Source of the DNA: Lepidodermella squamata
Taxonomy: Eukaryota > Animalia > Gastrotricha
DNA length: 64,000 nucleotides
Assembly (NCBI GenBank): GCA_047495785.1
Contig: JBLDXI010000032.1
Coordinates: forward strand, 3,596,001 to 3,660,000
Direction: 5' to 3'
The translations under genes were made by a program, and so were the position numbers. A model generated the notes under the pieces. The model did no database searches and was not told the origin of the DNA. It saw only the letters and a list, made by a program, of their open reading frames with translations. Numbering within the stretch: the stretch's first letter is position 1; each line of letters begins with the position of its first letter. This document shows, in pieces, positions 35,801 through 49,715 of the stretch.

Positions 35801-38800
35801 CTTACGATATTTCGGCGCTCTTCTCCTTTACAAAGGCGCTCTTTCACGGGGCACCGGTAGAGCGCAACGCGGCTTTACAACATCAACTACGAGCTTCAGC
35901 GCTATAGATAGATAGATCGACGAAGTTATTATTTTGTGTTTTGACCACAAAGTATGTTGTTGGAAAACAATGCAATAATCTAATAGTAGGTAGGGCTAGG
36001 TAGTCTCGGAAAATGGAATCATCATAGTGATTACCCGCGTGATCGCGAATCTCACTCGCTTCTCGCACTGACTTTCGCTACTCGTGGCCGTAGTAGTAGT
36101 AGTAGTAGTCGTAGTAAAGAGCGCCCACCGCCAAAAACCACACACGCGCGCACAATCATCGTAGTATATTTCGCAGGAATAATATAATAACACAGCAATC
36201 GGTTCCGATATTACCGATGTGTGTAAGTAAAAGTTGCGCGCGCGATGAACAACCAAGTCGTCTTTATTCATCGTGCACGTGTAAAATTAGGTAGCATCGC
36301 GCTTTTCGAAGAGCGCGCATCTCGCGCAAAAACGAGGATGATATTCTAATACAACAACATGCGATATTATAAACCCGCGATTGATTGGTAATAATAACCT
36401 AGACCGGTAGCAACGATAATATTTTAGGGTAATTGCAATATATTTCATATAATATTGGTGTATTATTCGGCTTCTCAACAATCGCTCTCGCGTATCGCCT
36501 CCACCGGTCTTGTCCGCTATTGTGAGCGCGCTCTACGATCATCATCGGCATCATCATAATTTCACGGCGCGCTTTCAACAATTGTTGATCAACGCGAGAA
36601 TGTGGATTATCTGCACACCGATAAAGAACGAGTTAAAAGATCGAGCATCAATCCGAAGCGAGTATAGCGCCAACCCACCACATGATGGGATCGCCGCCTT
36701 AAACAGGTGGAACATAATATGTACGAGTTATAGTTGAAGACAATTTCAAGCGCCCACCTTTAATTTTCGCTATAAATGATCATGACCTAATCTGAAAATG
36801 ACCGTAGCGTGGGCATTCACGCGGAAGCAAGTGCTCATCTTAGCTTGAAATCGTACTTTTGAAAATGGTTAAAATGGATTTCTCTGAATATAAATTTAAT
36901 CGAACCGCCATGAAGTTTTGGACGCGAGATCAGATATAAAAAAACGTAGGGAAAGTTGTTGAATTGAGGAAAACAGTGTAAAAGCAGGCAAGATATTACG
37001 AGAAAGACTTCGAAGTTCTGAGTAATTCAGCCAAATAATCTTGTTTACTTTTTAAGCCACGACCTAAACGTCAAGAGCAGACCCAAAAATGTAACAAAAA
37101 ATGCAACAGAAAAAAGCAGGAGTGGGACAACTACAATGCCGTAATATGGAGGTTGGATCGTGATAATTTTGGCCGATTTTATCTCCTTCTGAGAGGTTCC
37201 GAGGTTGCTCTCAATGCGGTTTTAGTAGTCGGATGGTGTAGGATATATCTGTAAAAATAATAATACGGTGTTGTATGTACTTGCCGCCGATGCGCGTTTT
37301 TATTGCGATATCCTCATCGCCACTGCGATATTACACACACGCATACAACATGGCAATAATAATTTATACACCGTAGGTACCATATTATTGCTGCATTATA
37401 GGTATCCGCCTCCGCCTCTCTATAAATATGTGTCTACCTACTACTTGCGGGCTATAAAGCTATCAGACACCAGCAGGGCGAAACCGGGCCTCGCCCAAGT
37501 TGTTCAACAAAGCGTAGCAGCCAAAGCGGCGCGATGATGATCATCATCGCCCGGGCAAGATCAGCTCTTTTATATCGCACCGTAATGTTATTATCATCAT
37601 TTAAGCAGATACTACACCGAACAAGCGCGGCGTAAAAAGCTGGCGTGTAGCGAGGCAAACGGTAGTTGAGTAGTATGAAAAAGCTATTAATAGAAAAAGC
37701 GGCTAATATTATAATGATGATAAAAACACTACGGATACGGTGGCTGGTTCGGTTGTAGCACAAGCCGCGATACACGCGTTACCATATATGAAGCGAGCGC
37801 GCGAGGAAAAGCGCGCATTTTGTTGGAACAAGCCCCGATAATAACATTATTATAAGATTGTGCCTGTGAGGTGCAGTTTTTTATCTGCCGTCGATTATAT
37901 ACACTCTTTCCTACTAAATAAGGCGGCGCAAAAAATCACGCAATAAAACTTGGCGGCGTCAGCCAAAAAGATATCGTACCTATAGTATATCATTGTCTAC
38001 GAAGAATCATCATCACCAGACAAGTTCGAAATAATGTTTAACAAATATGGTGCGATTCGCATTGCAATAAAATGATTAGACCTCTATAAAATTGGCAATG
38101 AGTAAACTCGGAGAAATAATATGAGTGCATACAAATCAAATCTTATTATTGCCATATTCAGATGGAATCATTAATCTTACGACACGCAGTAGGATATACG
38201 AGAAAAATCCAAATTCGAAAATTGCCCAAGTTTGGCCCATGTAAGAGGATATAGCTCTTCCGGAAATAATGTCAAACGTGCGCGTAGCACACCATGTAAA
38301 TGTTGATGATAATTTGAACGAGAGTGATGATTGAAATAAAAAAAATTAGCTGATTAAACGAGATAGCGCGCTAACAGTTATTCCTACAAGCTTGCACGTA
38401 ATAATCGCCGTGTCAAGTAAATGAGTCGAATTTTATTATATTATTATTAGTATATTGCTGCTTAACCGAGGACAGGTGAGGGCTCCCGCTCGCACGGGTG
38501 TATCATGCCCCAGTGAAATATTATTATTAATTTCTAAATAAACATAGCATTCACGTTTTTTACCTACACCATTAAATGAGCGGTTACATTTTGTGATTAA
38601 ATGGAGACTACAAAATATTTTGTCGCACTTACAGCACGTTGCAACGTTTATAAGGTGGCGAAAAGAGACTATAGCTGCTTTTATTAATAAGATAATATAT
38701 ACCTAACTAGCGTTTTTGTACGGCGATGATGATGATGTGATGATGAAATGATTATAATAATATGTCAGGTCGCGTAATTTTTTCACTATTATCACTCTTA

Positions 38801-41570
38801 GCCAATAATATTACATTTATCAAATTATTTATTACTTTTTCTCCTTTTACACGTGTTTTTAAATGATCTTTTACAAAGGTACCTGAGCGCGAGATCGTCG
38901 TAAAAAGGCGACGACACCGGCTAGATTCACAATAACTTTATTAACACGGGAAGATATCAATAAAGATACACACACCTGTGAGAAAAACTTCGCACGCACG
39001 GCGTATTAGCGGTAGGCGTCTTTTCAACATTTGCCTTTCACACACGCCAGGCACACTGTAAAATGATTGGAGGGCAAATTTTGATGATAGCAGCGGAATG
39101 GCTTATGAATTTTTCAATTTTATTTGGCCGTCATTACAGTCCACGGGGATTTCCCACCGCAGTATCAGAACCAGGCGTTTCACGCAGCACACTTTATTTT
39201 AAGAAGAAAATTGTACTAAATGCGCAGACGAAATGGCGCATCTGACTAAAGGCCACGTGCACCACAGACACAGTGTCCATGCTTTATTTTTTTCTTTCAT
39301 ATTTCCATTCAATTGATTGCATTTATTTCGATACAGCTTGATTCCAAAAATCGGATCATTGCTATTTTTTTGAAGAATTAAAAGGGGTATTTGCTTCGAA
39401 ACTTCCGTAAATTACAATATCCGGGAAGCACTATGAGCAGGGTGCCTCGATGGATATTCACCCGACGACCAGCTCTGGAGACTTGAGGCGCAGCCAAAAG
39501 TAATAAGAAGTTAAATATTCAGAATTTCCGGCGTATGTGGTTGTTCCCAGCCTAAAAATCGTAAAAGTTGGAGAAAAATGCGAAAATGGGATTTATCAAT
39601 ATAGTGAATAGCTAGTTGATACAACAGGCGAAGCGTAGATTACGAACATTCAACTTTAAGTTTTATTCGAAGAATTGCCAATTGTCCATTGATCTGAACC
39701 CCATTCTGCCTTGAAATTAAAAAAAATCTCAGCTCCCTCTGATGACGGAGAAGAAGTTGCTTAACATAACTCAGTTATCTCTTGAAATATGGAATACCTG
39801 CTTTCAGCCAGTTTGAGTCTTGGACTTGCGGAGGATTTGTCCCACATTTCAAATTGATCAGACATGGCTAAAACAAGATTTATGAACCTGATATTGCTTG
39901 ATAAACATTTGAGACGAAGCTGAAGCGGTAAAAGGCATATTAGATTAAAATGGAATAAGCTGGAACACCTTTTGATTAAGCAATCCTATGCGTAGTAATA
40001 TTCTTAAATTGTGTTTTCATCGAAATAACGTACAACCGTGTTGCTTGAAGACAACTTGGACTGAACTTGGGACAGGTCGCAACTGTAAGGTTAACAAACC
40101 GACGACTATTAAATACACTTGAGGCTTTTTAACCTAGCTTATAAATGTCTGTTGCAATTATCAGTGGAAAGCAAGTGTCTTTCAATTTAACTGGTGAACA
40201 GTCCTATTTGCCAATCAAACAGACGTAGTTTAACCTTGATTCAATTTTTGTAATACGGCTTGACGCGTACTGATTTGCCTATCGTGACATTGTCAGCTCA
40301 ATTCCTTAATATATCCCAGACAAAACAACGCATGATTGAATGTTTCACCCACGAATAGTATTGAACCTAATCACTAAATACTTAGCACGCCTATAACTGT
40401 CAATTAAATGTTGTCTGTTGCCAATGTACTGTTCAAAACAATCAGCCAAAACACGTGCAATTACCCAACATCTATAATTTTTGTGTCTTAGTCATGGTCT
40501 TCGGAGTACCTATTGACTCGTGACGAGGTATTCAATTAAAAAGCTGACACACGAGCGAGTTTTCATTGAATGATGAATCGTTCATGTAATATGGACATGC
40601 AAAATGTGACGAATTTCGGCCTATATTATTGGCAATCAGCACCCTGGTTTGTCCAAACGACAAAATGTTTGAAGATTAATCGAATTTTCACGCTTGAATA
40701 ATTTGACGGTATAAAAGTGTAAATTAAACCTCTATAATTTTAAAATAAATCTCTTCGAAAATCGGAGAACTTCGCATGAGGTGGGAACGAATCTAGCGGA
40801 AGCAATTTCTATACCTTACCGCTATAAAATTTCCGCTTCTCAGCTGCGACCGCGCAATGCCTGGACGAACCTGGCCTCGAAGAGTATTTATAGCGCCTCT
40901 CTGGGATCGGTTGAACTGCCTAGCTTTGCCCATTTCGAATCAAAATTAAGTCGGTATTCTGGCCTCAATTTATCAAATGTCCCCAGGCGATTTTCTCGTA
41001 GTAAAGAAGGCGTTCAATCAATGAGCCACGTCTTTGCCTTCGCGCATATTTTTTTTGCAATGAATTTATAGTAGGAATGCGATTTCCGGAAGGTAGGCGG
41101 GATTTACTATGCGGTTCTTCTTGTATTGAGACGGCCGGAGTTCAATACGGTCAGTGCGGGGTAATTAGAAAGTTAAAATTAACGAAGGCCATGTCTCAGC
41201 TGAGTAGGTGCGACATGACCTGATATATAATTTCCTAGTTCGCGAAAACCTAAATAAAAATATTTTATATCCCGCGATCATTTATGATGTACTGTTTTCG
41301 AAAGGACCGGTCCGAGTGACCAAAAAAAGTTACCAAGGAACAAGCAGTAGTGATGAATTTCGAAACTATAGACACACAAGCGTGAAATAATTTTTAGCGC
41401 GCATTCACATTTTGTCAGTCCACAATCGCGTGCCTAGTGCACAAAGTCTGCGCCTTTGTGAAATCATCATTCGTTTTTTTGGGTGGACTGATTGTTGTAC
41501 GTGGGGCGGTGCTGTCATTTCATTTCGGTCTAAAATGATTAGTTGTACACAAAACAGTCTGCCATAAGTA

Positions 41571-42773
41571 ATGCTTCCGAACTTGAAACTTTTAGTTCCT
41601 CGGTTATTAAAATTAGTAACGCCAACAATGCTGAGCGTTGTCGAACTGGGAACCGCCGTGCCCCTTCATCCGGCTTCTGGCAATCAGGAAATATATTATG
41701 CGGCTCTTTTGGCGCCAATATTAATATACGTCATGCTGAAACGACGGGCTCGAAGCGCAGCTTTGACATCAGCCAACCTGTCACCCGAGGCTGCAGTCGG
41801 CAAAGTTGTTATTGTCACTGGTGCCGACACTGGTTTCGGATCATTGGTATCAATCTGCCTCGTCAAGCTCGGCTATACTGTCTTTGCTGCATGCCTGGAT
41901 GCCGACAAGTCGATGGCTTCGCCTTTGTTTGCTGAAGCTAAACGCGAACATCCCGATTCTTTCCATGCTATTCAGATGGATGTCACCAAGCCTGATCAAA
42001 TTGAATCTGCATTCGCCGGGATCAAGGATTGGATTTCCAAAAACCAGGCGTTCCGTAAGTAATTGCATCTCAAACATTTCGCTTTTTAACAATATTTCGA
42101 CCTTTCAGGCCTTCATGCCATTGTAAACAACGCTGGTATAACCTATCCGTTGGTTCCACTCGAACTGTGCTCTTTGCCTTCGTTTTCCAACGTCATGGAT
42201 GTCAATTTTTTCGGAGCTGTCCGGGTGTTGAAAAATTTCTTGCCTCTTCTTCGGGGAAGTAAAGGTGCTCGGATCATTTTTATGGCAAGCCTCGCCGGCG
42301 AGCTGACTTGCCCGATGATGTCTGCTTATTGCGCTTCAAAATGGGCTCTTCTGGCTGTCAGTGACACCCTTCGCTATGAGCTGGGACAATTCGGAATATC
42401 AGTTTCCGCCATTCTACCCGACCTCTATCGAACACAACTCGTCCGTAACAAGAGTCTTCTTCACTCATCATTGGAGCGTGAGTTGGGAAGGTCAGATGCC
42501 GACGTTATTGAAGCTTACGGTGGAGATCACGGCGTGGGGTTAATGCGAAAATTCATTGAAGCTATGGACGAAAATGCTAATCCAGACTTGTCACCCGTCA
42601 TCAATACTATAATAGAGGCTGTGAGTTGCGTCAGTCCACAACGGCGATACTACCCCATAAGCTGGAAATCACTTCTGGTTACATCTTTTGCACGATGGTT
42701 TCCTTCCCTGTTGGACAACATGGTAAATATTGGACAAAGCATGGCGATAAAAAACGCAAAAGCGAATAAGTGA
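41571..42773 (+). CDS. Short-chain dehydrogenase/reductase, SDR9C (retinol / hydroxysteroid / BDH1-like) type
   Basis: Exons 41571 (or ATG 41628)-42054 and 42109-42773; N-terminal hydrophobic anchor, TGADTGFG, VNNAG, MDVNFFG, catalytic YCASK. Confidence 0.9.
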
Positions 42774-43603
42774 ACAAACTATGAACCATTGGTGGACTAA
42801 TTTATTCTGAATGAAAAATGTTGTTGAAACTTTTGATATTAGTCTTCTCAGTTTAGATGTGCATCTATTGAGTGATATTGAATAGCCATAGCGCGACTGC
42901 GTGTCTTCGAACCTTTGTATACAGATTTTATATCCTGCTCGGGTTCAAATAAATTGTGCGTTATGATAACTAGAACCGTCAACAATTATAGAAGGGTTTA
43001 AGCCATAGTATCTGGTGCGTAAATTTTTGCAAAGGGTACTACAAAGATCCTGGTTAGGAGATTTCTTAGCAGATACAGGCACATCCAAGGTATTTTATCG
43101 TTAGGCAATGTCCTACATCCTGGTTCAAAACCGCTCCGTAGCTTTCCTCAGATCCTCATGCTCGATTTGTAGCGCTTACAATAATAATTTTTCGTTTCCA
43201 GACAAGGTTTCCAGAAAGCAATATCCCATTGCTGTGGCATTCATGTCGTAAATCAAGGATTGTATACAGTACGGAGCATTTTTATTGATAATGAGTCACA
43301 TATTAGTTGAGTAGGATTGGACCGAATTCTCTGGACATGAGCCATGAGTTCGCGTTCTTCAGGCTATTCTGGCTATCGGCAAGAAAAGTCATTTTACAAG
43401 CCGAACGTGAGCTTATTCTGACCATTTCTCATGAAATAAGTAGGTATATTTAAGATTTTTCTCCGTTAACCTGGCATCAGAATAACAAAGAAACGGCTGT
43501 AATCACTATGAATTAAACTGCTGGACAGACCTACTGTAAAGTAACACGGCCATGTTTTTATTCGGATCTGTCGGACCACACACGCTGTCAGCAAAAAAAT
43601 TCA

Positions 43604-43749
43604 TCGTGCGTGCGGTCAATACTCCTATGTCCATCTAAAATCGGAATTTAGATTTCTGCCTCAATGAGAATAAATAATAATAATAATGATTTTTCGATTT
43701 ATCTCAAAATAAAATCTCGTGGACATACGACTATTGGCCGCACGCACGA
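43604..43749. mobile_element. Small MITE-like element with 30-bp imperfect terminal inverted repeats
   Basis: TCGTGCGTGCGGTCAATACTCCTATGTCCA (43604-43633) is 27/30 reverse-complementary to 43720-43749; AT-rich interior; no clear target-site duplication. Confidence 0.5.
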
Positions 43750-45946
43750 AGGTTCAATCAATATCGAAACTAGACACTCATATGAGACGTGGCAAGTGAT
43801 TCGGGCTCTTTCGCATCTAAGAGTGCTTCGCCAGTTGATGCCACGTCTCATAGAAGCCATCATCTTATAGCTTATTTCTACCTGATCAGGTGAGCATCCA
43901 TACCTGGATTTTTGCCGGTACACCTGTCCATGTGATTCTGTTGCGAAACGGATTGCACGGAAGTTATCGGAAATTCCGGCAGAATGCCAACAGAAGGTGT
44001 TATCGCGGTGCGTTTTTTCGACTAGGCATTAAGAACTGGAGGAGGGAGTAGGCATAACATTGAGCCAAACCGACAGCAAGAGACCACGTCAACATCAACA
44101 TCCACTCCAAGATTTTCAACCAAAGGACTTCAAACCTAAATCGCGTTACTCATAGCGGTTAGCGGGCTGCGACGCTATATTCTTTGGACAAAGCGATCAC
44201 ATGCATTTTACACCTCCGCTTGTGGATGGGGCGCAGGAGCCACTGCTGTTTTGCCCAAAAGCCGGCAGCCAACGAAAGAAGAACTTGCAGACTCATCCGA
44301 TACCCTTTTCTACTGCGGCTGTTAAGTTCCGCAAAATGTATAAATAATTTCACCATATTTTTTAAAACATGTTTTCTTATTCAAAATATAATATTTAATT
44401 TTTAACATTTGTGGTTTTTGACTCTTCCTCGCGGCGGCCCTTTTGAAACCGAGAAACGTGCCAATATCGCGTCTGGAGTCTGGAGACTTTGCCGAGTACT
44501 TTGAGTACTAATGCCTCGGCTTTCGGCTTTAGAGAAGCGGTCAGCGAATCCTGGATTACTGGCAGGGATCTCATTAGAAAGTAGACCTAACTTCTTCTCT
44601 CGTCAGTTCACAATTTATCTTCGCATAAGATAGTGACGGTTTACGACGCCCGGTGCCCGTATGCGGAAGAAATCCCTGAGATCGAGACTCCTGAAAACTT
44701 CAGATTCGGAAAAGTGGGTCGAAATATTGAAGCATTTCTAAGTTAGTCCCCGAGTATTATTTTCAAAAAGTAGCGTTAGCTAAAGCTCGCTTCGCTCGCA
44801 TGGATATAGATTTTTTGTGTCTTCATTGGTAGCTTTTCAAACTATCTCATATTTCAACGTTCAGCTACAGTCTTTCACACACATACACGCAAAATACGAC
44901 ATGTTTGCTAGCCCAGCTCGCCCCCTGACCGCAGAACCCTGAAGCCGTCCCTGCTTCGCATACCCGGACACAAGATGTTGCGAGCGGAGTTAGTGAACAA
45001 AAATCACGAATTCGTTTGTGATCACTCTGCGCTTGTTCACTGTAAACGTAGCTTTGCTGGGCGTTGGTTGAGAAAAGAGAGAAGCCGATGTCGTTTGTCG
45101 TGGACCACGGTAATAGTGATTAGTGACAAGCCATCTTTCCGAAGTGGGTCAAGGGACAACTGCTTACACCTTACACTCAAAAGACTTGGTTTGTTACTCG
45201 GTTTCAATACTTCCAGCAATTGTTTTGAGAAGGCGTTTCGGTATTCGGTATTCTGCTTACGTGAAGCCGCCCGGTGTGTCTCGTATACGTTATTAGAGGC
45301 CTGGGATTTTTCGCTAATCTTCGCTCTATATCTCGGCTCTCCAGTATGGACATGTAAATTTCACCAGTAATGCGAGCGGAACGAGAAAAGTTTTAAGATT
45401 TTCCACTAGAAAAGGTTCTAAAACCTCGGATGATAAAATTGGCTTTTTGCTTTTTCAAAGGCTGCTTCCATTTTGGTTGTTGCACTCGGTCCGATTGGTT
45501 GTTAAATTGTAACATGTGTAACAGGCTGGTTTCTCGCTTTTTTGAGATAACATCAGATTCTCGTTTGATCAATCTTCTATTATTGGCGTCGGTGTCGTTT
45601 CGCCTACTTAGGGTCTCATTGCTACAGCGAAACCACTGAAACTTCCACCTTCGAACTTTTATGGGAATGAGCCATGAGCCTCCTGCCTCCTTTAGTCACT
45701 ACCTCGATTCTTGCAAATGATTGATAATTCATCGTTCAGAAGAATTAAAAAGACCTTTCAATCCTTTAGGTTCTATTGTGGGTTCTGAATGCGACTTGAT
45801 TGAAATTGACATTGAGTGATTTTTGATCTACGATTTACTTAATAAATCCCGCTCGTTGTTATCTCTAGATCTAAACCAAGATCTTAGTTAAGATTCGTAC
45901 CTTCATTTTTTGTTCTTCACAAGTTTTTAGACTATTTATAAATAAC

Positions 45947-46354
45947 ATGAGTCTTCAAAGGTGGCACGGAACTGAGTCCTCTGTCAGTTTCCAGCCAAAA
46001 CATCGAAAATCGAATCCCAAGTTTAACTCACTTAATTCCTTCATTACTCGGATGTTGTCGCTTATGTGCTGGTTTCATCCTCTCGATCGGCGTAACAGCG
46101 ATGACTCATCTGAAAACTCAGATTGCGATGGTACCGAGTCTTACACTTCAATTGAAGTTTCGCGTTCGTCTGAGCCGTCAGCTTTGGATGATATTTTTTC
46201 GACTGATTCATTTGAGCAAAGCAGTGAAGATACGGAATTGGATCGTAGACGCAATTGGAAAGGACTGTTTACTATATTATCCACGATCCCCGAAGAAGAA
46301 GATGCTAATCAAATGGAAAGTCAAGCAGGCAATTCTCATACGATCCTCTGCTGA
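45947..46354 (+). CDS. Small acidic Ser-rich orphan protein
   Basis: 135-aa ATG ORF preceded by AT-rich context and acceptor-like TTTTTAG; low-complexity acidic C-half with LSTIPEEED. Confidence 0.55.
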   Translation: MSLQRWHGTESSVSFQPKHRKSNPKFNSLNSFITRMLSLMCWFHPLDRRNSDDSSENSDCDGTESYTSIEVSRSSEPSALDDIFSTDSFEQSSEDTELDRRRNWKGLFTILSTIPEEEDANQMESQAGNSHTILC

Positions 46355-46534
46355 TTTATTTACTCCTGCCACTGACATAGTCCCTAAAAGAGTTTTCTAT
46401 GCTTATGTTATTGAGATTTACTTAGGAATTATTGACTAATTGCACACTCATTTGTTTTTTGTGATGTTCGATGACAAAAGTTGTTTTTTTGCTCACTAAC
46501 TTATGTTTCTACTTTTTAGGTTGAAATTCTTGCA

Positions 46535-47028
46535 ATGAGCTTTTTATACGATAGATGCGAGGTAGAACACACCAAACTTTGTAAACTCTGTGATAAAGCT
46601 ATCTTCGCAGCGTTACCATGTGGCCACAACTTCTGTCAAACTTGCATATCGGCTGGTTTCAGTGGCCAATGTATTGAATGCCTCAGCAATGGCGGCCATG
46701 TAACAACTTGGGAAAGTCCAGCTGGTATTTGGCGCTTAGTCAAACTCGCCGATGGTTCGCAATATTTATTCGAACGTCATTCAACTGATCACAAAATCGA
46801 GCCGTTGGATCCTGCTAAGGTTTGACTTGGTATCTGCCATTTAAATTATCACTGCGTCTATATAACGGATTTCAGCCTCTATGTGTAAATGAATCGGAGC
46901 TGCCAGTTCAGGATTGTGTGGATGCTGGTTACGACAGTGGGGAAGATATCAAGCGGAAAATCGAAAAACTGTCTTCCTCTGATCCGTTAACTGTAGAAGT
47001 AGGCCACAAACGTCTGAGACGTTTTTGA
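46535..47028 (+). CDS. Small RING-finger (C3HC4) protein
   Basis: Exons 46535-46819 and 46876-47028 (phase-0 GT-AG intron); CKLC...LPCGHNFCQTC...CIEC. Confidence 0.8.
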
Positions 47029-47673
47029 AGCTTCTCGATCGGGAAAACTCATTTCATGTAATTCTTGCAACTGGACTTTCAAATGTTTGAAATTAACGTT
47101 TTTATCACTTTGTGCAACTCAAAACTCGTAATAAAAACACAAATACGGTAGCGTTGTGCTCTTTCTTCAGTTGCGTGCGTGTGACAGTATCTGATGATGT
47201 AGCTAAATTGAATCAAGATTAATAGTTTAAGACAGCTTTCCTTGATTATTACTTGATAACTACGTTTCATGCTGCTATGAATATTACTATAGCGAGATCG
47301 GCATCCTTTAATGCTGAGTAAGAAGGATTAATCTGAGTGGTTCTTGTTTGGACACAGTTTTTTTAGCGGCTACAAGAGTAAACAAAGAAATAATAACAGG
47401 GCGCACGCAGTTGTCATGAATCATCTCGTCATTTGAGAGCCGAGCGGGCTTATTGTCTTGAGCTACTCATGCATGACCGGTTCATGCTGTAGTCTTCGCT
47501 GAACACAAAACCAGTATGGCAACGTACCAAAAGTGCAATTCAATGATTCGCTGGGTAAAATTTTTTTAGCATGATGATCTCTAAATTTAATCTAAATGTA
47601 AACAAGCCGCCGCCTTTTGCATTGAAATTTTTCCTCTGTTTACTAACAAGTCGATTTTTTCGTTCAAGAGGAA

Positions 47674-49345
47674 ATGTTCAGCTTCATGCGAAAGGCCGGC
47701 CGAGGTCCGTGGATAATTTCTTCCATATAATATATTGATTCTTACAATGATTTCCAATAGCTTTATTTAGCCCTAGTCGAAGCGATAACCAAGATCTTGA
47801 ACAATGCGACGCAATAATGCCTAACGAAGCTTATTTCGCGCGATTCCCATCAAATCGCTCAAAGAACGGATTCCAGGGCAGTTATCACAATCAACGCCAC
47901 GTGATCGAATACTATCCACCAATGCAAATCCAACCGAATCAAAACCTCAATTACTATCAGCCGCGCAGATTACGATCAAGGGCAAAATTAGCACCTCGTT
48001 CCTGCGCAGATGAATGTCAAAACGTGCTAGCTCTCGTCTGTTGCTGCGTTGCTCTAATCGTCAAGGGCGTTGCATATGGAAACTCACATTGGGCAAATCA
48101 CGACGAGGTGGATTTCCACAAAAATAAGGAGAAATTTCCTATTATGACTAATTTCATAGGTAAGCGAATTCCCGATATGAAGAACTCGATTGAAAAGTTC
48201 GAAACGTCTTAATCTAGATATGCGGAATGGCAAGCATGATAGCCTATGCGAAGACGCCAAATGTCAAATATTTTTCGATGAGTACAACTCCCTGCAAACA
48301 GTAGCTCTTTCGAAAGGATATCCGCCGCCGCCTTTGCGCGGAAAGTTTAGCCGAGGAGTTTATAGTCGATGTGAAGCGTTGCAACAAACCGACTCAGCGA
48401 ACAACGGCGCCAAATACGAAAAATGCGTCGTTGACAAGCAAACAGAAGTCAATGGTCAGTTCTTAAACAAATTCTCTCATCTAATACCTATTTTATTTGA
48501 AAATTCAGCTTTTGCTAAATTGATTTACACTTTTTTCCGTATTTTTTTTAGAATTCCGCACAATCAGAGTTTTAATGGTAACAAGCATGGTCGCCGATGG
48601 TGTTGGAATCTTGGTTTGGATTGTTGTTTTTGTGCGGCCACCTCGTGCCAGCCTAAACCGGTTATCTCTGATAATAGCCGCCTTGCTCGGATTCATTTCC
48701 GCCCTGCTGGTCGCATTGGCCCTTGGCCTTTTCACTCAGGCTGTGGACATCTATGATGATGCGTTGATGACTTTAGGTTGGCCGTTCTACCTTACGGCTG
48801 GTGCGGGAATTTTAGCTCTCCTCACGGCTGCCACGGCTGGCTATATGCTGTACCAAGAGCGAGTTGTAAGAAAACGTCGCCACCTCATGAAACATGGCCA
48901 TCAAATTGCCGAAAATGCAGTATCGCCGTCAGTCAGCGTAATTGAGATGGAGAATAGCTCTGGAACAATAGTGCACAGCAACCTACCGGCCTTAGTTGCC
49001 GAATCTGATAACAGCCCAAGAGCTCTGCCTGCACCAGCTACGCCTGAAATTCCGGCCAGAGCGAAACCGCGTGATCGATTAGCTGTCAGTCAGGACGATA
49101 AAAGCTACGACGGTTCGGTTGGTTCGATGAGTCGCCTAACTCCAAGTAACAGCAACGCGACTGTTAATCAAAACCGCAATCCTTACGAAAGGCATGAAAC
49201 TTTTCGTCGAAACGAGGCTAGAATGCAATCAAATCGAAGCGCAGCTGACAGCTTGGATGTTGACGTTGATCGTCTCTATCAAGGCTATAGGCGTGATCAT
49301 TCAGCACAGCGCTCAAACCGAAGCGCCTTTGACAATGCAATGTAG
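47674..49345 (+). CDS. Four-TM claudin/PMP22-like membrane protein, paralogue A
   Basis: Exons 47674-47704, 47761-48159, 48218-48454, 48552-49345; TM1 followed by W, large Cys-containing first loop, three further TMs with the LGWPFY motif before TM4, long cytoplasmic tail. Confidence 0.75.
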
Positions 49346-49715
49346 ATGTGAGTGCAATTGAATAACTTCATATTTTTGAGGAAATCTTGTCCGAATCCCT
49401 GAGTTTAGTATTCATTGAAATGCTTCAATATAACTTCTTTGCATTGCTCCACAGTTATTTTTTAATAAAAATGATGCTCCCGTTGCTTGCTATTGGAATC
49501 TGAGCTCGCCACTTAACACATTTGAAGTGCCGCCGTTAAGGTTAAATTGAGAGAAAAAGCTAGGTGCATTTCCAACACTCCTTTATTTGCATAAATCAAG
49601 ATTTTTACAATTGGAATTGGAAATTTGCATTCTGAGTTAGTAGAATCAGCACGAAATAGATCAGGAAGCAACAAAAAATGAAAATGTTAACCACAAGCAA
49701 ATATAAATCTATAAT

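Noticed and set aside
24800-39300. Dozens of 60-150 aa ORFs in the ZMIZ introns and upstream region
   Set aside because: Low-complexity translations of microsatellites with no domain motifs; only the three Zmiz1 N-terminal exons are supported.
39300-41400. Gene-free stretch with coding-like patches (also 44950-45750 and 53000-53600)
   Set aside because: All frames I tried are interrupted and I could not recognise a protein or transposon family; left unannotated.
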